Assembly (NCBI GenBank): GCA_951406725.2
Contig: OX597825.1
Coordinates: 27,466,001 to 27,530,000, forward strand
Reading direction: 5' to 3'
Length of the DNA stretch: 64,000 nt
DNA from: Octopus vulgaris
Lineage: Eukaryota
The notes beneath the pieces are model-generated. The model saw only the letters and a program-made list of their open reading frames with translations, searched no databases and had not been told where the DNA came from. Made by a program: the position numbers and the translations under genes. Positions 42,476 through 56,091 of the stretch are shown here, in pieces. Position 1 is the stretch's first letter. The number at the start of each line of letters is the position of its first letter.

Positions 42476-43310
42476 CATATATATACTTATACAAGTACAT
42501 TTGCATACAGACTTGTGTGCGCGTGTGTTTGCGTTTCCATGTCGTCACATAACGTTTCAAAAACATTAAAGCAAAGAACATTTTGCTCCAGTCAATATAC
42601 AAACTTACATCATAATTTGGTGGGGCTCTCTTTACTTCTATATTGGAAGCCATTTCAAAATCAAACATTATATTAAATTAAATAAACACGTAGCATTCGG
42701 GGAAAATATGAAGACAGAAAAATTGTATATATTTAGACCAGGTTTCACCACCGATAAATATAAAATATTACAAGAATGTATACGATTATAACCCGAGGAA
42801 AATATACATATTTAATGGAATAGTTTCTTGGTAAATGGCTTTCGTTAACGTATTCAGCATTACAATTGAAGATGTATGAAAACTGTATTTTTTCCATTTG
42901 AACCAAAATATCAAGTCAGGTGCCACAGCAGTTTTTCCAATTACATATGCGATATTTTCTCTAAGTAAAATATCATATGCTTATTTGTTGATAAAGGATA
43001 ATACATGCTACCCAACTTTCTGGTTAGGTTCGTATCAAATTAAGTCACCGACGAGGCGACAGAAAGTCACATATATTGGTAGATAAATTAACGTTGTAAA
43101 TCATTGTGAAACAAACTATCTAGATCTGCATTCATAGGAATTAAGCTGCATATTTATTAGATTATACATCAAACCTCTACTTGGTTAATCACATTTTCAT
43201 TCAGTATATCTGTAAACTGAAGCACAGATTCAATTGCGCGCGCGAACACACACACTCTCTCTCACACACAAACACTCACGCACATATATATGTGTATGTA
43301 TATATATATA

Positions 43311-43700
43311 GGCGTAGAAGTGGCTCTGTGGTAAGTTGCTTCCTTACTAACCACGTGGTTCCGGGTCCAGTCCCACTGCGAGGCACCTTGGTTTAGTATC
43401 TTCTTCTATAGCCTCAGACTGACCAAAGCCTTGTGAGTGGATCTGGTAGACGGAAACTGAAAGAAGCCCGTCGTATATATGTATGTGTGTGTATATGTTT
43501 GTGTGTCTGTGTTTGTCTCCCCCCCTAACGTCGCTTGACAACCGATGCTGGTGTGTTTACGTCCCCGCAACTTAGCGGTTAGAATAAGTACTAGAACAAA
43601 GAATAAGTTCTGGGGTCGATTTGCTCGACAAAAGGCGGTGCTCCAGAATGGCCGCAGTCAAATGACTGAAACTAGTAGAAGAGTTAAGACAGTAAAGAGT
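43311..43700 (+). mobile_element. SINE family A copy
   Basis: Matches 91-510. Confidence 0.88.
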
Positions 43701-43748
43701 ATATATATTTGAAGGTCAATGAGGATTACTTATACAGTTTTTGAAGTA

Positions 43749-43783
<35 letters not shown>

Positions 43784-43787
<4 letters not shown>

Positions 43788-44100
43788 TATAATTAAGGGC
43801 TAAAGAGGGTTATTCTAAAGCCAATACACTGATTTATCCACATATAATCCGCTTGCTACAGGAGAATTGAAACTGAAAACGGGCAACTAACCTTTTAGAA
43901 AATTTCTATATTGAATCAATTTCGGAATTAATCTTAAGATTAATTCCGAAATTGATTCAATATAGAGATAACGAAATTTAAATTTTCTAAAGGTTAGTTG
44001 CCCGTTTTCAGTTTCAATTCTCCTGTAGCAAGCGGATTATAAGTGGATAAATCAGTGTATTGGCTTTAGAATAACCCTCTTTAGCCCTTAATTATATGAT
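43784..44100. repeat. 317-bp near-perfect palindrome with 62-bp spacerless core (43905-43966)
   Basis: Arms are reverse complements apart from a few mismatches and a short insertion; axis CTT|AAG at 43935/43936. Confidence 0.95.
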
Positions 44101-44220
44101 GTTTATACTTCAACCGTAACGGTTTTTTAAAATATACTGCCCACGCTTCCTGATGGATTCCTTTTCTGTAGAGAAAGGGACTTCATCCTATATTGCTAGT
44201 AGTATATAATATTCTCTAAT

Positions 44221-45312
44221 TTCACTGGTCCCACTCCTGAACTATATAGTCGTTACATCGACGACATTATCGGTGCCACCTCACTCTCCCTCGAACATCT
44301 AGATTCCTTCCTCTCTTTCGTCCAATCTTTCCATCCAGCCCTCCACTTCACTTCCACTATCTCCAACACCTCTGTCTCCTTCCTCGACATTTCGGTTAGC
44401 ATTCTTCACTCCACTCTTACCACCTCCATTCACTACAAACACACAGACTCACACTCATACCTCAACTTCTCTTCCTCCCACCCAGAACACACCAAGCTTT
44501 CCATCCCCTATTCCCAATTCCTCCGTCTACGTAGGCTCTGTAGTGACGACCATGACTTTGAGACTCAGTCTCAACGTATGGCTCACCACTTCACCCTACG
44601 TGGATACCCCCTCACCACTATCCACACCGCCCTTGCCAGAGCACGGTCCGCGGACCGTGTATCTGCTCTCTCTCCCCGAACCCGCCCTGTAGTCTCCCGC
44701 CTCCCTTTTCCCCTCACTTACCACCCCACGACCCTACGTCTCCAACGCACCATTCTTCGAGCTTTCCGTCATCTCCAGTCCGACCCGTCCACTTCACACC
44801 TCTTCCCTAACCGACCCCTCCCCTCTTTCAAACGAGCCCACAACCTTCGAGACCTTTTGGTCCATAGCTCCTTCCCTGACCCTACCTCCCAACCCGGCTC
44901 GTTCCCCTGCTCCCGCCCTCGTTGCCGCACTTGCCCTTACCTCTCCAACACCACCCGCCTCACTAGCACCCGCCATCGACCCTATCCCATCATCCACTCC
45001 TTCACCTGCACCTCCAGCAATATTATCTATTGCATCTCTTGCTCTCTCTGCAATTCCTTGTACATCGGACAAACGGGACGCCGCTTGGCTGACCGGTTCG
45101 CAGAACACCTTCGTGACATCCACCTTGCGAACGACACACCGGTCTCACGCCATTTCCGCTCCACCGGTCACTCCTTGCAACACCTATCTGTGTTCGGTTT
45201 GTCCTTACACAGAGGCCATCCGGATTCCCGTTTGCGCCGTGAACAGGAATTAATCTTCTCTCTTCGCTCTTATACGCCATTTGGTCTCAACTCTCCCCCC
45301 CTCCTCAGCTAA
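44221..45312 (+). CDS. Penelope-like (Neptune-type) RT C-terminus, thumb, Cys linker and GIY-YIG endonuclease, 5'-truncated
   Basis: Open frame from 44221: RYIDDI, VSFLDI, HYKHTDSHSYL..SSSHP, IPYSQFLRLRR, PCSRPRCRTC, NIIYCISCSLC..YIGQTGRRLADRFAEH, PFGLN. Confidence 0.93.
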   Translation, partial: FTGPTPELYSRYIDDIIGATSLSLEHLDSFLSFVQSFHPALHFTSTISNTSVSFLDISVSILHSTLTTSIHYKHTDSHSYLNFSSSHPEHTKLSIPYSQFLRLRRLCSDDHDFETQSQRMAHHFTLRGYPLTTIHTALARARSADRVSALSPRTRPVVSRLPFPLTYHPTTLRLQRTILRAFRHLQSDPSTSHLFPNRPLPSFKRAHNLRDLLVHSSFPDPTSQPGSFPCSRPRCRTCPYLSNTTRLTSTRHRPYPIIHSFTCTSSNIIYCISCSLCNSLYIGQTGRRLADRFAEHLRDIHLANDTPVSRHFRSTGHSLQHLSVFGLSLHRGHPDSRLRREQELIFSLRSYTPFGLNSPPLLS

Positions 45313-45922
45313 CCCCCCTCTCCCCCTCCTCACCTATCCTTTCCCCCCGACCTCTACTTCTTCAGTCCTTCATCCTTTCACCCCTACTCCCCTTCCCTTC
45401 TTCCCTGTTTCTCCCTCCCTCCTTCCCTCTTCCCCTTCCCTCTTCTCCCTCACTCCCTCTTCTCCCTCACTCCCTCTCTCCCCCTCTCCCTCTTTCCTCC
45501 TTCCTCCACCTCCTCCCCTTCCTTCTCCCCTTCCTTCTCCCCTCCTCTCTCTCCCCCCTCCTCTCCTCTTCCCCCATCTCCACCTCTTATCCCCCCTTCT
45601 CCCCCCTCTTCTCCCCCTCCCCCTCTTCTCCTCACTACACCACACGACTTTACACATCACATCATATATGATGTGCCATACTAATACATACACCAACTAA
45701 TACATACTAATACGTACTAATACATACTAATACATACTAATACATACACCAACCCTATACATACACACGTCCACACCCCTCATACGCACTTATACTCTCT
45801 CATACACATACACACACACTTATACATACTAATACGTACTAATACATACTAATACATACTAATACATACACCAACCCCATACATACGCACGTCCACACCA
45901 ATCCTACGCACTAATACTCTCT

Positions 45923-45957
<35 letters not shown>

Positions 45958-46020
45958 ATACATACTAATACATACACCAACCCTATACATACACACGTCC
46001 AGACCCCTCCTACGCACTAT
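45313..46020. repeat. Polypyrimidine tract (45313-45632) followed by ~120-bp tandem units (~2.5 copies)
   Basis: Almost pure C/T tract; repeated ATACTAATAC..ACCAACCCTATACATACACACGTCCA unit. Confidence 0.85.
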
Positions 46021-46191
46021 TAGCTGCTCCTTCAACCCTATTATCAACCCTATTATCTCCCCTTATTTCGCTCTCGCGTCTCATGTTTGATCTTTGACCT
46101 CTGGCCGAAATCAGATCGCCATGTTGATTCGTTAGCTACTGCACGCATTTTTTTTCTCTCCTTCTTTCTGTGTTTTTTTTCTCTCTGTGTA

Positions 46192-46229
46192 TCTTTCTGT
46201 TGAAGAGCGTAGGCTCGAAACGTTAAAGA
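46192..46229 (+). ncRNA. Minimal hammerhead motif, A6U variant, in the PLE pseudo-LTR
   Basis: TCTTT-CTGTTGA-A-GAGC-GTAG-GCTC-GAAA-CG-TT-AAAGA; all stems pair. Confidence 0.7.
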
Positions 46230-46326
46230 CTTGTTTTATTTATATTTCCTGAGCGCCATACTAATACAATTGTTCGTTTGTTTTCCACCTGCCTTCGTCT
46301 TTCGTCTATTTTCATAAAGCTTCCCG

Positions 46327-46371
<45 letters not shown>

Positions 46372-46539
46372 GACAACACACGAGTATTATACCACACGTA
46401 ATGCAGAAGAGTAATACTTGAATATTCTATTCTCAGAGTTCATTCAAGTTCCACTTAATAGTGGATAAATTCTTTCTTTTGTTCTTCCAAGTTACAAGCA
46501 AATAATGACTTCCATTAAGTTCAGGCTGCTTTGTATTCG

Positions 46540-46865
46540 CATAATTGCAAGTTCTACACGGAGCTCACACCGCTGACAAGGTTAACGTACGGAAATAGAT
46601 GGAGAACTTCAAAGAGAGTCATGCCATCGCTGAAGACAATCCACAAATCGGAGTCCATCAGCTGCGACCACGAGAAGGCGAACAGGTTGGTGGAATTAGA
46701 CGAGTTACACCGTGAATTGAAATACAGAAGAAGACTTAGGCTCTGAGGAAAATGAGTGCAAATAAAGCTAACTCGAGAGTTTACAACTGATTTGAAGGAG
46801 AGAGGCACGGAGTATGTTCCCATCTGCTGGAAGCATAGAAGCCAATGAAGACACTTTTCTTCCTT
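46540..46865 (+). pseudogene. Possible mariner transposase fragment
   Basis: Weak remnants resembling DGRTS and TREFT.D.KER..CS.LLEA.EANEDTFL across frameshifts. Confidence 0.35.
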
Positions 46866-47179
46866 TTAATTTTCCGACAATGGATTATCTTATGGTACAT
46901 TACGTTCAGGTGCATAACTTAAGATGTATACGAAAACCTCAATGCCCTGAGTTGTCTTATAACTTCTCTCGATTAACAAAATAATATACATACTCATGTA
47001 TTGATTTAGATTTATTCAACCTCTTCCATTATCCTGTTCTGTGTGTATGTGTGAGTGCGTGTATGTGTACCTATATGTGTGTGTGTGCGTGTGCGCGTGC
47101 GCACGAATGAATATGCATATACGAGAACACATAACACCTATATTTTTTAACTTACTCTCAGGCATAGTACTATTTGTAT

Positions 47180-47348
47180 TGCCGTTATGTTCTGGGTTCA
47201 AATTGCGCCGATGTTGACTTTGCCTTCCATCCTTTCGGGGTCGATAAATTAAGTACCAGTTACGCACTGGGTTCGATGTAATCGACTTAATCCGTTTGTC
47301 TGTCCTTGTTTGTCCCCTCTGTGTTTAGCCCCTCGTGGGTAGTAAGGA

Positions 47349-47349
<1 letters not shown>
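47180..47349 (+). mobile_element. SINE family B, 5'-truncated, followed by (TTA)n
   Basis: Matches the 3' part of 13018-13245. Confidence 0.85.
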
Positions 47350-47425
<76 letters not shown>

Positions 47426-47689
47426 CATTATTATATATACAGTGTGCTTGTGTGTGTGTGTGTGTGTGTGCGTGTGTCTGTGAGATTAATAATCTTCTTT
47501 TGCACAACTATGGAATCTTCAGTTAGTCACATTGTGCACCACCTTGTGTGTCTCCTATTACATGAATGCACATTACGACAAGAAATGCGAGAGCTTTGAA
47601 CATCACCCGACTTCAACGGAAAATATTCCGGAGAGATACCAGGAAATAAGTCAATACTATTGCGACAAACTGGGACTAAGATTAACAAA

Positions 47690-47850
47690 AGGATCTTTAC
47701 GTTCTGAGTTCAAATTCCGCCGTGGTCCACTTTGTCTTTCATCCTTTCGGGGTCGATACATTTAAGTACCAGTTGCGTACTGGGGTCGAGATAATCGACT
47801 GACCTCCTCCCACAAAAGTTCAGGCCTTGTCCCTAAAGTAGAAAAGAATA
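47690..47850 (+). mobile_element. SINE family B, alternative-tail subtype
   Basis: Same central domain; tail CAGGCCTTGTCCCTAAAGTAGAAAAG. Confidence 0.75.
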
Positions 47851-48511
47851 TTAAGAAAAGGATAAAATAATAAAAATGTAGGAACGAGTTACCAGTTATC
47901 TCTCCCTCCCTCTCCTTCCCTATCTCTCTCTATCTCTCTTTGCCTTTTCGCCCATTGAATCTAATTATATCTATACTGGATTTGTGCTATTCGTCTCTAT
48001 CAAATAATTACAATATTATCGGTTATATGTCTGATTATATTATGAACGTACTTTTGCCACTGTTAAAGTAGACGATATTATACCCATGATTAATTGATAA
48101 ATTGTAATTTTGTTTTTAATATCATATAAATAGGAAATTCGATTTAATATTATTTATTTTAATAAATACATTTAGTTCCAAAATTGTAGGAATGAAATAT
48201 ATATTTGAAATCATTCGGCGTGAAATTTGAAAGAACGTAATTTATGCTAACTCTACCATGTCGAATTATTAATATTAACTAGTGACAAAAGCATATTCCA
48301 AATATTACTTTAAATATAACGGGTAACCTAATATACAATCACACATACATGCATACATATGTATACATATATATATATATGCATCTTTGTATACATATAT
48401 GAATATAAATATGCATGTATATGTATATACATGTGTATATATAAATAGATATATACACATATATATGCGCATATATACATATACATATTTATATATGTAT
48501 TTATATGTATA

Positions 48512-48561
<50 letters not shown>

Positions 48562-48574
<13 letters not shown>

Positions 48575-48900
48575 TTAGAGACAAAACCACTATTTTGCAA
48601 AACAAACAAGGAAAGACTTAATCAATACATAAAATATTAATAAAAAGTAAAAAAACCGCCACTACAATTGTTTCTTGTCCTAATCGACAATCTTCAGGTG
48701 GATTTCCAATAAGTCAGTTTCAAATTATGAATTACTTTTTATTAAAATTTTATGTATTGATTAAGTCTTTCCTTGTTTGTTTTGCAAAATAGTGGTTTTG
48801 TCTCTAATTAATATTATATAATATTTTACTATAAAATTGGATTTAATCCTAAATCTGATTTTTTCCCTGTAAATTTGGATTTATTCCCTAATATTTATTA
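48562..48900. mobile_element. Inverted pseudo-LTR element in (TA)n
   Basis: ~89-bp near-identical arms 48562-48650 / 48732-48820 enclosing an HHR. Confidence 0.8.
48659..48701 (-). ncRNA. Minimal type I hammerhead ribozyme, canonical core
   Basis: Minus strand CCAC-CTGAAGA-TTGTC-GATTAG-GACAA-GAAA-CAATTG-TA-GTGG; stems I and II perfect, palindromic stem III. Confidence 0.85.
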
Positions 48901-48920
48901 TATATATACATATATATATG

Positions 48921-48965
<45 letters not shown>

Positions 48966-48996
48966 ATATATATATATATATATACATATATATATG

Positions 48997-49061
<65 letters not shown>

Positions 49062-49219
49062 CATACATAAACACACATTATACTGTTCTGTGATAGAAAG
49101 ATCAGCAAAATAAAGTAGTACATCCGGTGAAATTAAATATTTGAATCACACAATACATGTCTTGAAGTGCTACTAGCAGTTTCATTGACACACACAATAT
49201 GTATGTATGCATGTATCGA

Positions 49220-49517
49220 TAGAAAGAATGATAGATCGATAGACAGACAGACAGAAAGACAAACAGACAGACAGACAGATAGATAGATAGATATATAGAT
49301 AGATGGATAGATAAATAGATAGATAGCTAAATAGATGGATAGATAGATAGATAGACAAATGAATGAATGGAAGGATGGATGGATGGATGGATGGATGGAT
49401 GGATGGATAGATAGATTGAGAGATGGATGGATAGATATATAGATAGGTAGATATATATATAGATAGATAGATAGCTAAATAGACGGATGGATAGATGGAT
49501 AGACAGATAGATGGATG

Positions 49518-49600
<83 letters not shown>
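49220..49600. repeat. (GATA)n/(GATG)n/(GACA)n compound microsatellite
   Basis: Directly visible. Confidence 0.95.
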
Positions 49601-49999
49601 TTGCATGCACACATAACGTAATGGTTACACGCTAATTTTTTTGGAAGGAGAGATATACAATGAGAATTATAATTATATTGAAAAATTTTGACATCTTTTA
49701 CTGCACTAAATATGACAAAAGGTGCACATGCAATTATTCTTGCATGTTCAACGTACGGATAAAGTGAAAATGTAATTAAACGCTCAGATAAATTCGATGG
49801 TGGACTAATAGCAACACATAAACGTACACATGTTGCTGCGTGTGCGTGTCTATGTATGTATGTATGTATGTGTATGTCTGTGGGTATGTGTGTGTGTGTT
49901 GGGGGCGGGGAGTCTGTTTCTGTGGGTGTCATATCGTATGAAAGTGTGTTCAAGCGTGCGCATGTACTCAGTTTCTAAATCAATCTATATAATCTTTTC

Positions 50000-50680
50000 T
50001 ATTATAGGCACGACGCCTAAAAGTTTGTGGGGTGGGACAGTCGATTGGATCGACCGCAGTACACAACTGGTAGATAATTTATCAACCCCGAAATGGTAAA
50101 ATGCAAAGTCGAACTCGGCGGAATTTGAACTCGGAAACGAGGCGACGGGCGACATACTCTCAGTATTTCGTCGGGCGTTCCAACGATTTCCCCACGTCGC
50201 CGCTTCTAAATCAATTTACATAACTTATTTACAGTAGATTGTGTCTTGCTAACGTTTCTTATTTCTTTTTTTTTTTACTCCCCACAAGGGGCTAAATACA
50301 TAGGGGGACAAAGAAGGATAGAGAAACGGATTAAGTCGATGATATGGATCCCAGTTCGTAATTGGTACTTATTTAATCGACACCGAAAGGATGAAAGGCA
50401 AACTCGACATCGGCGGAATTTGAACTCAGAACGTAGTGGCAGACGAATACCTATTTATTTACTCCCCTCAAGGGGCTAAACATAGAGGACAAACAAGGAC
50501 AGACAAACGGATTAAGTCAATTACATTGACGCCAGTGCGTAACTGGTACTTAATTTATCGACCCGAAAGGATGAAAGGCAAAGTCAACCTCGGCGGAATT
50601 TGAACCCAGAATGCAACGGCAGACGAAATACGGCTACGCATTTCGCCCGGCGTGCTAACGTTTTTGCCAGCTCGCCGCCT
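50000..50680 (-). mobile_element. Cluster of three SINE family B copies (50000-50205 old; 50277-50450 partial; 50458-50680 full)
   Basis: Reverse complements of family B. Confidence 0.85.
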
Positions 50681-51223
50681 TAATATAGTTTTTTATTATA
50701 TGTCACCGCCTTTAATATTTTCTATATATTTTCTAATGTATGTCAAGTCTTAGTTTTTTTCTTAATATCAGTGGCGGTAAAAATCCGTGTCATTCGCCTT
50801 AATCGATGTATTATCTTTGAAAACAATGTACCCAGTCTTACAATGATCCAAACGTACAATTTATTGTCTCAGTGGCAGTTATAAAATTTCATAATGTGTT
50901 TCAATCTAAGTTTCTGAACATTCGCGCAGTACTTTTCGTATATATATGACGGCTTCTGATATCTCAATGTTCACAGACCACTAAGTGTGAAGAAAGGTGT
51001 TAAGACAGAGGATATATATAAATATTAATATACATGCAGACATAAAGACCAATTTACGGATACACACACGCACATACACACTTACACAAAAGCACGAACC
51101 CTCACATATTTCTGTGCGCGCGCGTGCGTGTGCTAGTGTGTAACCGACAGCGAGAGAGAAAGAGATCCTTCAATACATAAATATATATACGGATCTATGT
51201 TTGCGCATATATATAGGCATAAG

Positions 51224-51262
<39 letters not shown>

Positions 51263-51280
51263 GCACATATATATATATAC

Positions 51281-51332
<52 letters not shown>

Positions 51333-51513
51333 ATTTACATATATGTATATATATATGTGTGTGTGTGTGTGTAGATGGATAGATAGGTATACAACATACA
51401 TGCCATAAAAATTGTGCATGCATGCATCTATCTATATCTACCTATCTATCTGTGTGTGAGTTCGTGTATACATACATTCTGATATACATGTGTATGTGTG
51501 TCTATATGTATAT

Positions 51514-51559
<46 letters not shown>

Positions 51560-52032
51560 ATATCTAGCTAACCATACATACAAGCATGCGTACACATACA
51601 ATTAAAATGGCTCCTGCATTAACATACGAACGGCTCTATAAGACAAAGTTTGGTTGGAAACATTAACTCTATATAAAGTTTTGCTCATTAGTTCCTCCGA
51701 TATTATGGCCGTTGGCGAAATACTGATTTTATCGATAGAGTTTCGAAAATACAGTTTATTTCCAAAAGTGCCATTCTGAATGTTCCAGTTTGTGATATTA
51801 TTGTTAGCGAATCTAAGACATTTAAATAACGATAGAAATTATATCTATCAAAGTGATTAGTAGAAAATTGAATTATTGCTTTAAGATTGGTAACTGTCCA
51901 CAAGCTATTGACTTTCTCTTAGATTGTATCATGAAAATAGATATTCGCAAAGTTACATGACAGTTAATTCGACAACAACTACAAAAGCAACAACACGCAT
52001 CCATTAAAATACCCATATACATACATACTTAA

Positions 52033-52076
<44 letters not shown>

Positions 52077-52429
52077 CCACACATACATATATGTACATAT
52101 ATAGTCATGCATATATGTGTGTGTGTTTATGCTTGCGTTAGCTTGCGTGGTTATGTATTTGCTTAATAAAACTCAATATTGTCTGCCTAATGGATATGCC
52201 AGCATATTCAAACATTTTAACAATTTTCCCAATTAATATTAACTTTTATTATTCGTGGTTTGGGAAATGCACGAAAGGTTCCATTCCTTCAAAAATAATG
52301 AAGTAGAATTCGGAAAACAATCACAGAAATATTAAAGAGTAACAAAGATTATATATGAGTTATACTATTGTGATAGTTTGGGATAATCGTTACAGTGCAG
52401 AACACAGTTCTGTACAACATATTTTCGAG

Positions 52430-52810
52430 TTCTTTAGTTCTAAGTTCAAATCCAGATGAGGTCGACTTTGTTCTATGTATATTCAGTGTCGATTAAATAA
52501 AGCACTCTTCAAATCTTGGCCAAGGCAATCGGCCATTCCTCTCAAAAGAATTTCATTCGCTGTATTTATATTAAACAACATTATTGTACTCCTCAAAGGC
52601 GCGTTTGCAGAGTCTTTACTGCAGTGGAAAACGTGTTTAGTAATGTTTCTGTAGTCTCTCAACGGTCTGAGTTCAAATACCACTAAGGCTGGTTTTACCT
52701 TTCATCCTTTCTGAGTCGATAAAATAATTATTATTTAACACAGGAATCAATGCAATCACTTAGCCTCCTCCCCCAATAAAAATTGCTGTCGTAGTGCCAA
52801 AATTTTTATA
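52430..52810 (+). mobile_element. Two decayed SINE family B copies
   Basis: AGTTCAAAT..GAGGTCGACTTTG and CCTTTCATCCTTTCTGAGTCGATAAAATAA motifs. Confidence 0.6.
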
Positions 52811-53540
52811 AATTATTAGTTCTTTTATTGATTTATTCTTACTAGGCAGGTGACAAAATGTTGTCAGAAATTTTTTTTCTGGCGTGAACAACCGTTTTCC
52901 CAAATCTGAAGGATCGTTCTCCCAGTTGTTCGATAATGCACCATGGCCCTTTTTCCGCATGTCCACAGTAAAATTTCTCAATTCAAATATGCTTCAGATA
53001 ACTAGATAGCAGTCAAGGGATTTAGGTGATAGAAACAACTAATTCGTGAATAAATTTTGTGCTTGAGCTTCACAGCCACGTAATCTTTCTATGTCCTAAT
53101 ATTTCCGAAATATCTCATCTTACACGATAGTTTCACTTTCATTTTTACTACACAGAAGCGTTTGTGATAATTAATGCGCAGCAAAGTACAAGAAGCATTT
53201 TGAATTATAATATCGTAAGTTATAACATCAGTAAGCAGCTGCTAGATTATATTTTCCTGTTAAATGCGTAGATTCAATTTCTTTTCCCAGTTTTCTTTTA
53301 CGATGATGTTGGTGTTGGTACAATGGTGCTGGCAAAACAGTGTTATAGAGCAACATATAATGTGTGAATCTTACAGGAATAACAGAAAGAAATAGAAAAA
53401 TCAAAAATCTTTAAACGCCTCTTTGACATAAAACGCAGTTTGTTTATACAACTAAAAATTCGTAGAAATCTTTTATGAATCTGTTTAGAAAATATGAATA
53501 TTACACGTACGCTACTTATCAAAAATATTTACTGATTATA

Positions 53541-53954
53541 GGCACAGGAGTGGGTGTGTGGTAAGTAGATTGCTTACCAAACACATGGTTCTGGGTTCAG
53601 TCCCACTGCGCGGCAACTTGGGCAAGTGTCTTCTACTATAATCTCGGACCGACCAAAGCCTTGTGAGTGGATTTGGTAGACCGAAACTGAAAGAAGCCCG
53701 TAGTATATACGTATATATAGTTATATATGTGTGAGTGTATATGTTTGTGTGTCTGTGTTTGTACCCCTAACATCGCTTGACAACCGATGCTGGTGTGTCT
53801 ACGTCCCCGTATCTTAGCGGTTCGGCCAAAAGAGACCGATAGAATAACTACTAGGCTTACAAAGAATAAGTTCTGGGGTCATTTACTCGATTTAAAGGCG
53901 GTGCTCCAGCATGGCCGCAGTCAAATGACGGAGACAAGTAGAAGAGTAAAAGAG
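53541..53954 (+). mobile_element. SINE family A copy
   Basis: Matches 91-510. Confidence 0.9.
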
Positions 53955-54665
53955 TGTGATTACTTACAAAAGCGTGAAACAGTATGAATTATGCGCGCAG
54001 TAGTCGTGTATGGTAAATATATATAGTTTATTGCGATCTGAGATTTGTGCATAATTAGCACGTTCTTATAATGAAATTCATTTCTGTATTCTTCCAATTT
54101 CCTCGTAATCAACTTACTTTCTCTTATTTTATTCTTTACATTTAACTACAAAATTGATTGACGTTTCATAATCGGAATTCATATACGAACCGTGTTGCAT
54201 AATGCACGTATCTACTGAGGTATGTTAGAAAGATTCACACTTCATATTTTGTGCTGGTGCAGATTATTTATGATCTTCGGTGCATTGAAAATGCTGCTTC
54301 AGACTTCAGCATTTACTGCTTAATCCTGACATCTTAACAACAATTACGTTGAATAAGCATGATTTTATTAATTTTAATCTTGATCATTTTATTTACTTCA
54401 CGTGTTGAAATGCAATTTTTTTGGACCACTGCTTTGTAGTGGTCCATATCTACACCATGACTACATTTGAAATCATACCTGTATCTTATTAATGTATTTA
54501 TTTGTTGCAATAATGATACATACGCACATGCATTCATATACATACGACGGGCTTCGTTTTTGTGCAAGGTACCACGCTTTGGAACTGAACACAGAAACGT
54601 GTAGTTGGGAAGCAAACATGTTTTCCTACAGCTATGCCTGGCCATATATATATTTATATATACAA

Positions 54666-54755
<90 letters not shown>

Positions 54756-55403
54756 ATGTACATGTGTGTATATATACATGCATGTATGTTTGTGTGTACG
54801 CTTACGTGTGCGTAGAAGAGATGTGTCAACTAGTCTTAGCAATGGCACCGAACCTGAATCCACGTGGTCGCGAAATGATCTCCTTGACCAAAAAGCCATC
54901 CTCGTGAATGTGATATGTTTATTATTCCTAGGACGAACAAGAAATTATACAACGTCTATATTCACGTAAAAATTTCATGTGTAGGTATAGAGAAACAGCA
55001 TTTCGTTGAATTGGAAGTTCTTTGGTAAAAAGCAAGGAATTACTCAGATCTCAAAATGTACGCCACTTCTTTATTATTAGTGTATCTTGAGTCCTGTCAC
55101 ACTTATAAAAAACGGGTTTAGAAGTATAGACATAACATGCGATTACTTATTTCTTTGATCTCTGTATGAGATTACTTTATAATCGAATATCAGGCATAAT
55201 TGAATATTAGGAGTGTTGAGGACGAGCACTATATGATTACTATGTCTCGCTGGGTTAAGTTATGTACAAGATAAACATGGCTAGAAGTAATGATCACCTC
55301 AGAAGTAAAATGTGATAAAACATCTACTAATTAGCTATAAAAAAAATTTGCACTGAAATAATTTCGTTAACTAACTGTAGGCTAACTTAACAAACAATAC
55401 ACT

Positions 55404-55518
<115 letters not shown>

Positions 55519-55520
55519 CA

Positions 55521-55599
<79 letters not shown>

Positions 55600-56091
55600 A
55601 TTTGATATTGATATAGAATATCACAGTAACACGAGGTACAAAACATGTAACGGTTTCAATATTTATTGTCAGAGGTATCATCTACATCATGACTTCCAAG
55701 AACTACGCCAAACGCGATCCACTATAAGTGTTGAATGCAGCACAGACCTTCAGAATTAAGGCACTACACCGTCGCAACTACTTAAATACGATATAAAATA
55801 AAAACCCATTTCAGAAGTTTATTCATGGAGACACATCGATTTATATGGATATATTTATTCAGTATATCTAAAACAATTACTCTTTTAATTACATTTCAAA
55901 TGAAAGATAATTATTCATTTTCTGAGTGAAACAACAGAACAATGTTCATAAAAATCCATCGAATCGCCACATCATTGTATTCTAATCAAACATCTAGTCC
56001 CTGTCGCTTTTTTTAATACCATCAACATATAGGCCGATTGAATCAGCCATACGATAAGCAATGTATTCTACTAAAATCAAACTTTGCTCTA

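Larger units (their letters stand above)
44221..46328 (+). mobile_element. 5'-truncated Penelope-like retroelement with 3' pseudo-LTR
   Basis: RT/GIY-YIG ORF, C/T-rich spacer, minisatellite, HHR-bearing terminal repeat ending in (TA)n. Confidence 0.88.

Noticed and set aside
45690-46020. CRISPR-like repeat-spacer array
   Set aside because: Whole units are repeated with no unique spacers; a eukaryotic minisatellite inside a PLE
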